From the IMG/VR virus record IMGVR_UViG_3300021255_002065, positions 64,001 to 128,000 of that record: a DNA stretch of 64,000 nucleotides. One strand, 5' to 3'. Shown one piece after another: positions 1 to 9,649 of this stretch. Each line of letters begins with the position of its first letter. The first letter of the stretch is position 1. The notes below the pieces were generated by a model. That model did not search any database, was not told where the DNA came from, and saw only the letters and a program-made list of their open reading frames with translations. The position numbers and the translations under genes are program-made. This DNA comes from a virus. Lineage: Duplodnaviria > Caudoviricetes.

Positions 1-2
1 GT

Positions 3-1286
3 GATACATCCGGCATTCAAGTGTTGTCAAAACCAACACAATATGACATTGCAAATGTAGCTGATGATGGTAATTACAATAAGTCTATCCCGAATTCACA
101 AATGAATTGGAAGTTTACTCCAGAAGGAATTCATGAAATTTATACAACTGCACCTACCAGACAAGGTGGACTGTTTATTCCGACAGATGCATCATTAATG
201 ACATACTCTTATGATGAATATGGTTTGAAACCAGAATTAAAGAATGCATCAACAGAATTAGCATCATCCAGAATTGATAACTGGTTTGCAAATACACCAT
301 ACCATCTGGATCAAACACAATTAGAATCTCATGAGGGCTATCTTAATAAACCAACATTTATTGGCATCAATCTTGTGAAATGGAAAAATGAGGTTGAAGA
401 TGGTGGTGACACTGCAATTACTTTAATCCCCATCTCTGGATTAAAAGTAATTGATGCATATGATGCTAATAAACATGGAGCATTAACATGGGCTGATTTA
501 GGACTGGATGAAACAGTTGATCATGAACGATTATTGAAAGATGCAAATGTCTTATCACCATTTGATTTACCTTTTACAGGTGGACTCATGGTGAATGTTG
601 GGAAAGGTTTGGAAATCATGCCAACAGCAGTACCAGAACATGGCGAGGATTTCAATACACAAGGGAAAGTGAATGTGCGTATCGGTAATGGTTTGACATT
701 TGATGATTATGGACGTATTGAAATTGCGGATGGTGCATTCGGTGCGGATACTTCATTTGATCGAATCGCCGAATTCCAATACGGAGATAAGTCTTATCAA
801 TATCTGAATGAGATTGTAAACAATCCAAATCGACATCAAATTATGCATGAAGATCAGTTGTTGGATGGTTCAGCAACAAAAACCATATTCCGTTTGGGCG
901 ATGGTTTACGATTAAAATATATCGAAGAGGATTTCCCACAACTTTTGTTATTCCAATTTACTATGTCACAATTGCGAAATAGTGGAATCTTTGATGAAAG
1001 TAATGTATTAGATGACATGACATTTGTTGATTTAAAAACAAGAATCGCAACATTGTATCATTCCACTGATGGGTTGGATTATGATAAATTGGTATCCGAT
1101 AGCAAATCCATTTTATATAAAAATGATTATGTGGAAAACTTTGTTAGCTATGGTATGTTATTACATCTGGGAGCTAGACTGGGTAAAACCGCAACAGAAT
1201 TGAGTATTGGATTAACAACGTCTGATCTTGAAACATTGTATGTTACAAAATATCCAGATTACGAGGGAAAAATAAAACCAGCATAA
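3..1286 (+). CDS. Putative tail fibre/baseplate-associated structural protein (5'-partial)
   Basis: Frame is open from the window edge (DTSGIQVLSKP...). Repeated [VF]x[VIL]G[KND]GL motifs (VNVGKGLEI, VRIGNGLTF, FRLGDGLRL) resemble beta-rich fibre shafts. Confidence 0.5.
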   Translation, partial: DTSGIQVLSKPTQYDIANVADDGNYNKSIPNSQMNWKFTPEGIHEIYTTAPTRQGGLFIPTDASLMTYSYDEYGLKPELKNASTELASSRIDNWFANTPYHLDQTQLESHEGYLNKPTFIGINLVKWKNEVEDGGDTAITLIPISGLKVIDAYDANKHGALTWADLGLDETVDHERLLKDANVLSPFDLPFTGGLMVNVGKGLEIMPTAVPEHGEDFNTQGKVNVRIGNGLTFDDYGRIEIADGAFGADTSFDRIAEFQYGDKSYQYLNEIVNNPNRHQIMHEDQLLDGSATKTIFRLGDGLRLKYIEEDFPQLLLFQFTMSQLRNSGIFDESNVLDDMTFVDLKTRIATLYHSTDGLDYDKLVSDSKSILYKNDYVENFVSYGMLLHLGARLGKTATELSIGLTTSDLETLYVTKYPDYEGKIKPA

Positions 1287-1299
1287 TGGAGGTGTTAAT

Positions 1300-2052
1300 A
1301 TGCCATTGATTGAATTGAATACGGGTGATGGTTTGTCCACTTCTAAATTACAAGTAAAATTGGATACTGTCACACCAAATAATGATTTATGTGTATACGC
1401 AGATGGATTATATGTGAACGGTAGCACCTCTGATGGTTCTGGTGGTATTAAATTGAAAAAGAAACTCCATTATTATTACATCAATACAGATATGAGTCCA
1501 TGGGATGCAAACTATAATGGAGATAATGACAAATTCGAGAATCACATCTGTTGTGATTGTCAAGCACATCGTTGTTGGGATGCTACATTTGATACAGATG
1601 ATGAAGCAACCAGAGTACCAACTTTAGTATCTGGAAAAAATGAAGAAGACAAATTTCGTCCGGAAATCGATTGGGTATTACCGGGAGATTTCTTCCGTGT
1701 CAAAGTAGATGAGAACAGATATGAATACTTCATCATCACGGAAGTATCACCAGGTCCAACAACAAGAACATGTTCTGGATGTGGTCAATTAATTTATCCC
1801 TATGATGGATATTGTAAACATGGCAATCCGAAATATTATTATAATCAAACTGATAATCCCGCATATGATCCTGAAGCAGAAGGAAATGAAGTAACAAGTG
1901 TGAATGAAAATAATTATGAAGCACCAAAGATTTGTCCGATCTGTGGACAACCCATACTAAAACAATCAACCGAAGGTGTGGATGAGTTAATCGGGTTGCC
2001 AGGTAATAAACCGGTATCTTGGGCTTCTTTAGGAATTGCAGGTGATTGGTAA
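1300..2052 (+). CDS. Putative fibre-associated protein with CxxC zinc ribbon
   Basis: GGAGG RBS; N-terminus MPLIELNTGDGL; CSGC...CPIC pairs; stop overlaps the next start (TAATG). Confidence 0.55.
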   Translation: MPLIELNTGDGLSTSKLQVKLDTVTPNNDLCVYADGLYVNGSTSDGSGGIKLKKKLHYYYINTDMSPWDANYNGDNDKFENHICCDCQAHRCWDATFDTDDEATRVPTLVSGKNEEDKFRPEIDWVLPGDFFRVKVDENRYEYFIITEVSPGPTTRTCSGCGQLIYPYDGYCKHGNPKYYYNQTDNPAYDPEAEGNEVTSVNENNYEAPKICPICGQPILKQSTEGVDELIGLPGNKPVSWASLGIAGDW

Positions 2053-2465
2053 TGCCAGTGATTGAAATTACAACAGATACATCATTGGTATCAAATGATG
2101 ATGGTTTGTCATTACAATTATCCAAACGATCGGCAAATCGATTGGAATTTAATGATAAAGGTGAATTGACATTAAAAGAGGTAAAGGCGACGGGTTATCT
2201 ACCATTGAATGGTGTCATCGGAGAATATGATGTCCCCATGGAACAAATTGGTGCTGATTCCTCATGTACACGTTTGGCAAACTGGAACGATACAAATGGT
2301 GACGTGAAAGAAACTGGAGCAACTGGAATAGAAGGTAGAGATGGTGTTAATTTGATCGGTCTGTTTACTGAACTCTTGACAAATGATGGATATGATTTAA
2401 GTGTTACCTTTTGGCCAAAGGAACCTTATGCCAAAAATGAAACATACAAAGGAGAGTGGAGTTAA
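2052..2465 (+). CDS. Small fibre-associated protein, N-terminus related to neighbours
   Basis: MPVIEITTDTSL resembles the N-termini of both neighbours; TAATG coupling at both ends. Confidence 0.55.
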   Translation: MPVIEITTDTSLVSNDDGLSLQLSKRSANRLEFNDKGELTLKEVKATGYLPLNGVIGEYDVPMEQIGADSSCTRLANWNDTNGDVKETGATGIEGRDGVNLIGLFTELLTNDGYDLSVTFWPKEPYAKNETYKGEWS

Positions 2466-3358
2466 TGCCATCGATTGATATTGAAGCTGGAAAGGGAATC
2501 AAAATCACCGATGATGGTGAACTCACTGTTGCATTGGATGCTTCTAAATCAACAGAATTAAAAGGTTCTGAAAATGGGATTTGGGCAAAGGGTCAGAAGA
2601 CACTCAGTGACCAATGTACGGATGAATGGAGTGTGATCACCAAACCAAATGAAACTGGTGATGAAAAAACCATTTATGGTAATGCCAGAGTTGTTGGAAA
2701 ATGTTATGTATTTTGCATGTTTCGAACAAGACGATTGTGGTCTTCTGATGATGCAGATGATCCAGACCGTGTTCGTATCCTTCGTACAAAAGACCCATCT
2801 GTCGCAACTGCAGATGATTTAAAATCCGCAGATGATTTGGTTCGAGAAATCAATTTACAACGCTTTTATGCAGCAAAAGAATCTGATGGTTCTTATGCTG
2901 GATCTCGAGTTATCCCGAGACCCGGTTCACTAATTGCATTTTCTGATGTGGTATATGGCACAACGGTTGGTTCAACAAGAATCTACGAAGATGGATCCAG
3001 ATTTCCTTGTTTGACTACTTATACAAAGAATGGAAATACCATTGAGAAGTTAACTGCTCCACAAAAGATTTATGCATTGTTCATGGTTACACGTGCACAA
3101 TATACAGAAGCTGGTGCAAATAAACAGAATTATTCCAAATCAACATTCCCGGGTGCAACACCATCTGCTTATCGATGCTTGATGAGGATTCGACTGAAAT
3201 GTTTGTGGAGTGATCAAACATCATTCCCAATCCTTGTGAATAGTTATGGATGGACAAAAGGTTCTTATTTACTAGGAACTCATGAATCAGCATCAAGAGA
3301 CTATGGTCAGTGGGATTTAACTAACATTTATGAAGACAGCCATTACAATATTTCATAA
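2465..3358 (+). CDS. Putative tail fibre/receptor-binding-type protein
   Basis: MPSIDIEAGKGIKITDDGELTV fibre-like N-terminal motif; coupled to the upstream stop. Confidence 0.5.
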   Translation: MPSIDIEAGKGIKITDDGELTVALDASKSTELKGSENGIWAKGQKTLSDQCTDEWSVITKPNETGDEKTIYGNARVVGKCYVFCMFRTRRLWSSDDADDPDRVRILRTKDPSVATADDLKSADDLVREINLQRFYAAKESDGSYAGSRVIPRPGSLIAFSDVVYGTTVGSTRIYEDGSRFPCLTTYTKNGNTIEKLTAPQKIYALFMVTRAQYTEAGANKQNYSKSTFPGATPSAYRCLMRIRLKCLWSDQTSFPILVNSYGWTKGSYLLGTHESASRDYGQWDLTNIYEDSHYNIS

Positions 3359-3386
3359 TAACATTTATTGTAGGAGGAATGCAAAT

Positions 3387-4742
3387 ATGCAAAAAGAATA
3401 CATTGCAAATGAACAAATGTCATTCAAGGATAAATCGTCATTAGCTGAAGAAAAACATGGTCTTCGTGGTGTCATTCAGATTTATCGTAAGAACAAAGAA
3501 ACTGGTGAAGTTTCATTCTGGGATGAAAGTGAGAACACGATCGTACTGGGTGGGTATCAATGGATATTGATGAAAATGTTCGGTTTGTTCTTGGACAGTT
3601 CTCATGGTAAAGTGACAGATGATTTGACAAGAGATACAACATTGGCAATTCCAGATTTGAATAACAGAATGCAAATTGGTGTCAATCCCGGTGAAGATAC
3701 ACCAGAAGGAAGTGCATCTGGTTCAATCGATGGATATACCAGAATGGAAGATAATATCGCCGTAAATCATATCTGCCAAGGATTCATGATTGGTAATGGT
3801 GGTGCTGGCGAAGATTCTGTCACCACAAAGAATACATCTTATTCCTTTATTAATCTCCGGAATCCAATTCCATTCCGTGAAACAACTTCTACTGATACAA
3901 CAACAGCTGGGAAATATCTTGGTTGTTACTTTGGTAATGAAGATGCGAATGCTGGTAAAATTGTAAAGGCAGCATACATTAAGAAGTTTGATTCCACTCC
4001 TCATATCTATCATTCTTGGTGGGTAGATGGTCAGAGATGGGATTATGTTGATCCAGTTACACAGAACTATCTTGGTCCTGATACAGATACAACTGTTTGG
4101 AAGACAAATCGTATTGAGACATATGTGGAATGCAAATTATCCATTTCCGATACGGATTGTCAAGATTACTTCAAGCATGCTGGCGTTACCAGTACTGCAC
4201 AAATCAATGAATTAGGTTTGGTTGCATTTGATACTGTTTTGGGTGAACGCTCTATCATCGAAACATGCTACAATCAAAAGATTTATGATTTCTTGAAGAT
4301 TGTATATACTGCAAAAGGTGATAAAACTCCCACATCCAATCAGAATAAGATGTTTAAGTTGTTAGCAACCGAAATCAAAACGATTCTGATGCCTCTTGCA
4401 TCTCAAATCAGTCAGAGCAATATCCAAGCATTCATTGAAGCAATTCCTGACTTTACTGCAGAAGATTTGGAATCTGATGAATATCCAGTTGAGAATTATC
4501 AGTTGCTGCAACAAGAATTTTCCGCTGATAGTAATATCGGTGCACAAGCATTCTATAATCAGGATGACACCATCCAGTATGTGGAAGATAATTTCTTGAC
4601 TAAATTGCAAGATGCTGATACAGTGAATTTGACATTGGACGAAGCACAGAGAATCAAACTGATCACATATTATACATTCAATAGTATTCCGATTTCTCAA
4701 AACTGGGAAATTCTGATTAACTATCGAATCTATGCAAATTAA
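3387..4742 (+). CDS. Putative baseplate/tail structural protein
   Basis: AGGAGG RBS; motifs ENTIVLGG, GFMIGNGG, INELGL and C-terminal INYRIY resemble myovirus baseplate/fibre-attachment proteins. Confidence 0.55.
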   Translation: MQKEYIANEQMSFKDKSSLAEEKHGLRGVIQIYRKNKETGEVSFWDESENTIVLGGYQWILMKMFGLFLDSSHGKVTDDLTRDTTLAIPDLNNRMQIGVNPGEDTPEGSASGSIDGYTRMEDNIAVNHICQGFMIGNGGAGEDSVTTKNTSYSFINLRNPIPFRETTSTDTTTAGKYLGCYFGNEDANAGKIVKAAYIKKFDSTPHIYHSWWVDGQRWDYVDPVTQNYLGPDTDTTVWKTNRIETYVECKLSISDTDCQDYFKHAGVTSTAQINELGLVAFDTVLGERSIIETCYNQKIYDFLKIVYTAKGDKTPTSNQNKMFKLLATEIKTILMPLASQISQSNIQAFIEAIPDFTAEDLESDEYPVENYQLLQQEFSADSNIGAQAFYNQDDTIQYVEDNFLTKLQDADTVNLTLDEAQRIKLITYYTFNSIPISQNWEILINYRIYAN

Positions 4743-4760
4743 ATAGGAGGAGGTGATTTC

Positions 4761-5360
4761 GTGTCTGATGTAAATCATGAAAATGAATTGAAGATGCGAG
4801 AGGAATATTCTAATTCCATACTGAATAATGTTGCAACTGTCATTGGATACTGGAGTCATATTGGTTGGTCTACGGTAAAGATTACAATTCCAATGGAACC
4901 AAAACCTTCCCAGAGACCTAGGTTGTCTGGATATCGGGTTTACGTCCCAGGAGCATACAAAAACACAGCTTTTTTCCATAAGAATGTATTACCCAAACTT
5001 GGTGATTTATGGATTAATACACCATGTAAAACTAAAATAGATATCTATGTTAAAACACCAACTTCTTTTTCCAAAGCACAAAAGTTATTGGCTGAGATGA
5101 AAATACTTCGCCCGTGGGTTAGAGCTGGTGATATAGACAACTTTGAAAAAAGTTGTCTGGATGCGATGGTTGGTAATAAAAAAAGAAAACATAAAGGAAT
5201 CATGTCAGATGATTGCATTGTCGTGGATATGGATTCGCACAAATACTATTCCATTACACCGAGATATGAAATTGAAATCACCTACATGAACAAAGTGCCA
5301 GAATGTATCAAACGAATTTTAAAAATCGAAGAACCTCAGCGAGAGGTTGACGGGGATTAA
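4761..5360 (+). CDS. rusA: RusA-like Holliday junction resolvase
   Basis: P.PSQRPR N-terminal motif, catalytic D(I)DN..K...D motif (GDIDNFEKSCLDA), later DD motif and KYY...PR.EI.I C-terminus. Confidence 0.85.
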   Translation: MSDVNHENELKMREEYSNSILNNVATVIGYWSHIGWSTVKITIPMEPKPSQRPRLSGYRVYVPGAYKNTAFFHKNVLPKLGDLWINTPCKTKIDIYVKTPTSFSKAQKLLAEMKILRPWVRAGDIDNFEKSCLDAMVGNKKRKHKGIMSDDCIVVDMDSHKYYSITPRYEIEITYMNKVPECIKRILKIEEPQREVDGD

Positions 5361-5369
5361 TCCCCGTCA
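5348..5369. terminator. Perfect 22-bp palindrome, probable bidirectional terminator
   Basis: TGACGGGGATTAATCCCCGTCA; the central TTAA holds the stop codons of both convergent genes. Confidence 0.65.
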
Positions 5370-6544
5370 TCTCTCATTTCATTTAACATTTTTCTTTTTA
5401 GATATTTCATATCATAAACAGTAACATGGTTCAATCCCAATCTATGAACTTCTTTGATTGCCTTAGATGGTGACATATCACATTTTTTGAGAATCTTCTT
5501 CAATATTTCTCTTTCATCCTCCTTTATTTTTCGATTAAGCTTCATATTTGGAAAATTAAATTCTTTCATTGATTCTTTTACAGTACTGATGTTGGCCACA
5601 GTAATATCAGTGTATCCCATTTCATGTAATTCTTTTAACACTGGATTTCTGTCACCATTATATTTGATTAACAATTCCCTTGTCAATTCTAATACATCAT
5701 CATATAACTTTTTATAGTGTAGGATAGTAACATTTTCTCCAGATTCAATAAAGAATTTCTTCGCATTCTGAACCATGCTAATTGAGATTTCATTGTATCC
5801 CATTTTGTGTAATTCGACAGTTGTTTCATGTGGATGCCAATCATTTCGGATAAGAACATCTTTTACTAATTTTAGTAAAAATGGATTCATAACAGATTTA
5901 CTCAGATTTGTCAATCTGGCATGTTGGTTGTTTTGTGCATATGTTACAACCTCGAGATTATCAATCCTATTGTTGTCAGTGAAGCCATCAATGTGATTGA
6001 CAATTAATTCGGGTGTCAATCCTAAAAATGCATTTGCAACGATTCTGTGAATGGGGTATGTCTTTCGAGTCCCGTCTTCGATTCTGAAGAATGATTGTTT
6101 ATATCCACAACAATATGTTCCATGTAAAGGTCCGATATTGTCATGTTTAATTCTACCCCATGACGATATGAAATATCTATTTTTGACGATGGGTGGTAAT
6201 TCCACTGGTTTCCAGATTTCGACATCTTCCACCCATTGAAGATTATCGACTGAGTTATCAGTTTTATCTCCATTGAGATGTAGAATTTCCAATTCTCCAG
6301 ATATTAATTCATCTGGGATTGGTATGAATGTTAATGCAACAAGTTTATCTGTGCGAACCAGGTGGTTTGAGTGAAAATCATCAAATACGACGAGATTGTA
6401 ACTATATCCATTCGTCGAAATATACGGTTCGACTAATGTTGGACTTCCGTTGATATTGTATCTAAAATTTCCTAATGTTGAAATTTCACAAAAGGATGCA
6501 ATTGATAAATCATTAACGGAGTTCCAAATTTCATTTTTTGTCAT
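5357..6544 (-). CDS. Free-standing HNH homing endonuclease (two NUMOD4-like/HNH units plus three C-terminal helical repeats)
   Basis: ISTLGNFR..LVALTF..HLNGDKTDNSVDNL and ISSWGRIK..HRIVANAF..NHIDGFTDNNRIDNL; inserted opposite to the surrounding operon. Confidence 0.9.
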   Translation of the reverse strand: MTKNEIWNSVNDLSIASFCEISTLGNFRYNINGSPTLVEPYISTNGYSYNLVVFDDFHSNHLVRTDKLVALTFIPIPDELISGELEILHLNGDKTDNSVDNLQWVEDVEIWKPVELPPIVKNRYFISSWGRIKHDNIGPLHGTYCCGYKQSFFRIEDGTRKTYPIHRIVANAFLGLTPELIVNHIDGFTDNNRIDNLEVVTYAQNNQHARLTNLSKSVMNPFLLKLVKDVLIRNDWHPHETTVELHKMGYNEISISMVQNAKKFFIESGENVTILHYKKLYDDVLELTRELLIKYNGDRNPVLKELHEMGYTDITVANISTVKESMKEFNFPNMKLNRKIKEDEREILKKILKKCDMSPSKAIKEVHRLGLNHVTVYDMKYLKRKMLNEMRDDGD

Positions 6545-6634
6545 ATGTGTAAACCTACTTTCTATGTTTATTTTTGAGACAATGGTGATTCATATCTCAG
6601 ATTAATATTATATATCTATCATTGTGATTTTATA

Positions 6635-6814
6635 TTGCAACCGAATAAGAAACGTGGTCACAGAGGAATCTTGGCTGATGATTCACTTGTATATGAAGTA
6701 TCTGCAAATAAGTATTATTCCATCACGCCACGATATGAAATCACCATCACATATATGACGAAGATTCCAGAATGTATTAAGAATATTATGAAATTAAGAA
6801 AGGTAGATGATTGA
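6635..6814 (+). pseudogene. Orphaned second copy of the rusA 3' end
   Basis: Translates LQPNKKRGHRGILADDSLVYEVSANKYYSITPRYEITITYMTKIPECIKNIMKLRKVDD*, clearly homologous to the RusA C-terminus. No evident RBS; its end overlaps the start of the next gene. Confidence 0.85.
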
Positions 6815-8408
6815 TATGCCACGTGATGAATACAAAGATTGGATAGCACGAAATGGTGGTCCGAGTGATGAAGATTATGAGACCACTATGGATACAATTG
6901 GTAATACAAAAGATTTATATAAATCTTCACTTGGTAGATTTCAAAAGGGAATGAAGAAAGCGAAAAGTACCAAATCTATTATTGGTATGGCTTCTCGTAA
7001 TACCTTTGATTTCCCTGTGTTTATTTCCAAGAGTGTACCTCTTGATTATGCAACTGCAACAACAATGTTATTGGAACAATTGTATGCGGCATATGTACAG
7101 ATGGCTGTATCTCAGAATCCATATGTTGATGCAAAGAGTGTTGAATGTGGTGGTCTATTAGCCAAGTTCAATACCAACATCACAAAGTATGTTGAATATG
7201 TTGCATTGACAGACACAGAATATCAACACGATGCTTGTCATAATGAAATCTATACGGAAGATGCAGAATTCATATTTGATATGATTGATGTATCTGATGA
7301 AGATGCAGAAGGTATTCTACAAGAAATGGATTATGAACCATTATCTGAATTCGATGACTTCTTCCAAGAAGGCGGCGGCGCCGGTGGTGGTGCTGGTGGT
7401 GGTGCCGGAGCCGGAGCAGGTGCTGGGGCTCCCGCTATTCCAGTTATGCAGGCAAGAAACATACAAGCTCGTCAGGATATTCAAAATGTCGATGCTCGCG
7501 GAAATCGTGTGGATTATGATGCACATGGGAATATTGTCGGACGTCATCGTGATACTCCTTTTGAGCAATATAACAGGGACGTATTCCGTCGTCGTCTTAA
7601 GAACAGAGCTGATTCCGAAAAAGCTGTTGCCGATGCTGAAATTGCTGCACGTGATTTGAAGAATTACAACAAACATGAACGTGAGAACACAGAAGGGCAT
7701 CGTATGAAGATGATGAATCGTTCTCCTGAAATATTAAAAGAGGAAGACATGAGAAAGATGAATTCCATGAAACCTTTATTGATGAAACTTCAGATGAGAG
7801 TGACTCGTCCAGGTCAGCCAGATGATCCACGTGAATTTGTAATCGGTGTACACTGTCATGCTCGTTTGATTGAACCATCCACATTGCCAGATGTTGTCAA
7901 GTTCCCATTGAAAGAGATGAATGCAATTGCTCGTCGTGCAAAATGGAAAGCTGGCGAATTGAAATTCATGAGAGATATCGTATTCCAGATTAAAGAAAGA
8001 AAACAAACCGCTGTCGATGCAAAGGATCCAAAACGCAAATGGTATCGTCGTTTATATGAATTAGCACATTCTAAAGGTGATGCAAATGTGTCTGGGGCTG
8101 TATCTGGAAATGGTACAACTGGTCTAATTCCGAATGCAACGATTATGATTACAAATGGAGATGTGGAAAGTATTAAATCTCAAACCAAACTTGATGTATT
8201 AAAACCATCATTGGCAAAGAGATTGTGTAATGAATTATTCCTCATTTCATTTGTGGTAATTGATCAAGATGCAGAATCAATCAAACTTTATATTCCTGAA
8301 TTATATAAAGATTGGGAAATCCATTCACTTGCAAGTGTTGAAAAACAGCTTGCTGAATTATCTACTGCAGGTTCTAAGACAAGAGACCTGTTCAAATTGA
8401 TTAAGTAA
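6807..8408 (+). CDS. Probable virion structural protein
   Basis: 533 aa; internal FFQE/G site followed by a Gly/Ala linker, matching the window-wide cleavage-type motif. Confidence 0.55.
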   Translation: MIDMPRDEYKDWIARNGGPSDEDYETTMDTIGNTKDLYKSSLGRFQKGMKKAKSTKSIIGMASRNTFDFPVFISKSVPLDYATATTMLLEQLYAAYVQMAVSQNPYVDAKSVECGGLLAKFNTNITKYVEYVALTDTEYQHDACHNEIYTEDAEFIFDMIDVSDEDAEGILQEMDYEPLSEFDDFFQEGGGAGGGAGGGAGAGAGAGAPAIPVMQARNIQARQDIQNVDARGNRVDYDAHGNIVGRHRDTPFEQYNRDVFRRRLKNRADSEKAVADAEIAARDLKNYNKHERENTEGHRMKMMNRSPEILKEEDMRKMNSMKPLLMKLQMRVTRPGQPDDPREFVIGVHCHARLIEPSTLPDVVKFPLKEMNAIARRAKWKAGELKFMRDIVFQIKERKQTAVDAKDPKRKWYRRLYELAHSKGDANVSGAVSGNGTTGLIPNATIMITNGDVESIKSQTKLDVLKPSLAKRLCNELFLISFVVIDQDAESIKLYIPELYKDWEIHSLASVEKQLAELSTAGSKTRDLFKLIK

Positions 8409-8423
8409 TAGGAGGGTTGATTT

Positions 8424-9599
8424 ATGAAAGAACCTGAAAGCAATTTAAAAGGAAATTTGTCGGATGATCAAATTCAAAAAGCCATTGTGAATGTGATGAA
8501 AGAATTAAATGACATTTATAAGAACAAAAGTTCCGATGAATACAAGATGGCAGGAGACATTACCAAGTCTCCTGTCTATGATGGAATTGAATCTGCTGTT
8601 GCAAATCTGAGTACATTAAAAGGTTTTCCAAAACAAGATGTCTCAGATTATCAGAATCTGTTTAATGCATTACACAAACCCATGTACAAGAAGATGGTTG
8701 CTGAATATCTGAAATCTCCGAATGAACAGAATACGGCATTTACAACAATCTTCACACTTGGTTATCGTACATTATTGGGAGATTTGTCACGTATCTATGC
8801 AGCAACAGAAGCCACAGAAAGTGGTATCGTATACCATCCTGACCAAGCTGCTAAACAACGTGCATTGACAAAATCCTTTATTAAAGCATTCAATAAGAAT
8901 ATTGATGATGAATACAACAAAGCTGTTCGTAGAAATGGAAATAAACCAAAGATGCATCAGGAAGGTGCTTTGTTCTCCGCAATTGGTTCTGGTGTTACCG
9001 CATTATCTACATTCTCTCGTGCACATGAACTTGGACCGATCACTGCATTCTTCCGTGACATTTTCAATTTCATCTTCGGTGCTCGAAAGGAATTGAATCC
9101 TATCTCCTTCATTAGTCATCGTTTGACCAAAAGTTATGATTCTTTGGTAGATCGATTCGAAGATACACAGAAGATGTATAATGCAACAAAAGAAGCTTAT
9201 GAAGAATATAAGAATTCTCCCGGAAGAAAAGATATGGCGATTGAAGGTAGATATCTGAGAAACCTTAAGAAATACAATATTGCCATGAAAACATTACAAG
9301 CAAAGCTTGCACACTATGACTCTCGTGCACAAGCAGAAGCTGAAGAAAAGATGTATAAAGCAAGAATGGAACAACGTCAGAAGATGAAAGAAGAAGCAGA
9401 AAGAAAGGCTTCTGAAAGAAAGGAGAATACAAGACCAACTCCCAAACCAGAACCGACACGTCCAACTCCTTCTATTCCAAAGCCAACAACATCTGTTCCA
9501 AAAGAAATGCCGAAGCCCGAACCTTCTCCATCTGAACAAAAACCAACGGAAGAGAAACCCAAACCACCAAAGGTTGACACGGGGGATCTTGATTTCTAA
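8424..9599 (+). CDS. Probable virion/head protein with coiled coil and Pro-rich tail
   Basis: GGAGG RBS; MHQE/G motif followed by an amphipathic segment; PKPEP repeats. Confidence 0.55.
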   Translation: MKEPESNLKGNLSDDQIQKAIVNVMKELNDIYKNKSSDEYKMAGDITKSPVYDGIESAVANLSTLKGFPKQDVSDYQNLFNALHKPMYKKMVAEYLKSPNEQNTAFTTIFTLGYRTLLGDLSRIYAATEATESGIVYHPDQAAKQRALTKSFIKAFNKNIDDEYNKAVRRNGNKPKMHQEGALFSAIGSGVTALSTFSRAHELGPITAFFRDIFNFIFGARKELNPISFISHRLTKSYDSLVDRFEDTQKMYNATKEAYEEYKNSPGRKDMAIEGRYLRNLKKYNIAMKTLQAKLAHYDSRAQAEAEEKMYKARMEQRQKMKEEAERKASERKENTRPTPKPEPTRPTPSIPKPTTSVPKEMPKPEPSPSEQKPTEEKPKPPKVDTGDLDF

Positions 9600-9612
9600 A
9601 ATGATATAATGT

Positions 9613-9632
9613 GAGGGCCCATATGGGCCCTC
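9613..9632. terminator. Perfect palindrome terminator
   Basis: GAGGGCCCATATGGGCCCTC followed by a T-rich tract. Confidence 0.7.
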
Positions 9633-9649
9633 TTCTATTTTTTTAATTT

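Noticed and set aside
5165-6640. Group I intron or intein splitting rusA
   Set aside because: The upstream rusA is complete with its own stop, the HNH gene is antisense, there is no room for a ribozyme core and no intein termini are visible.
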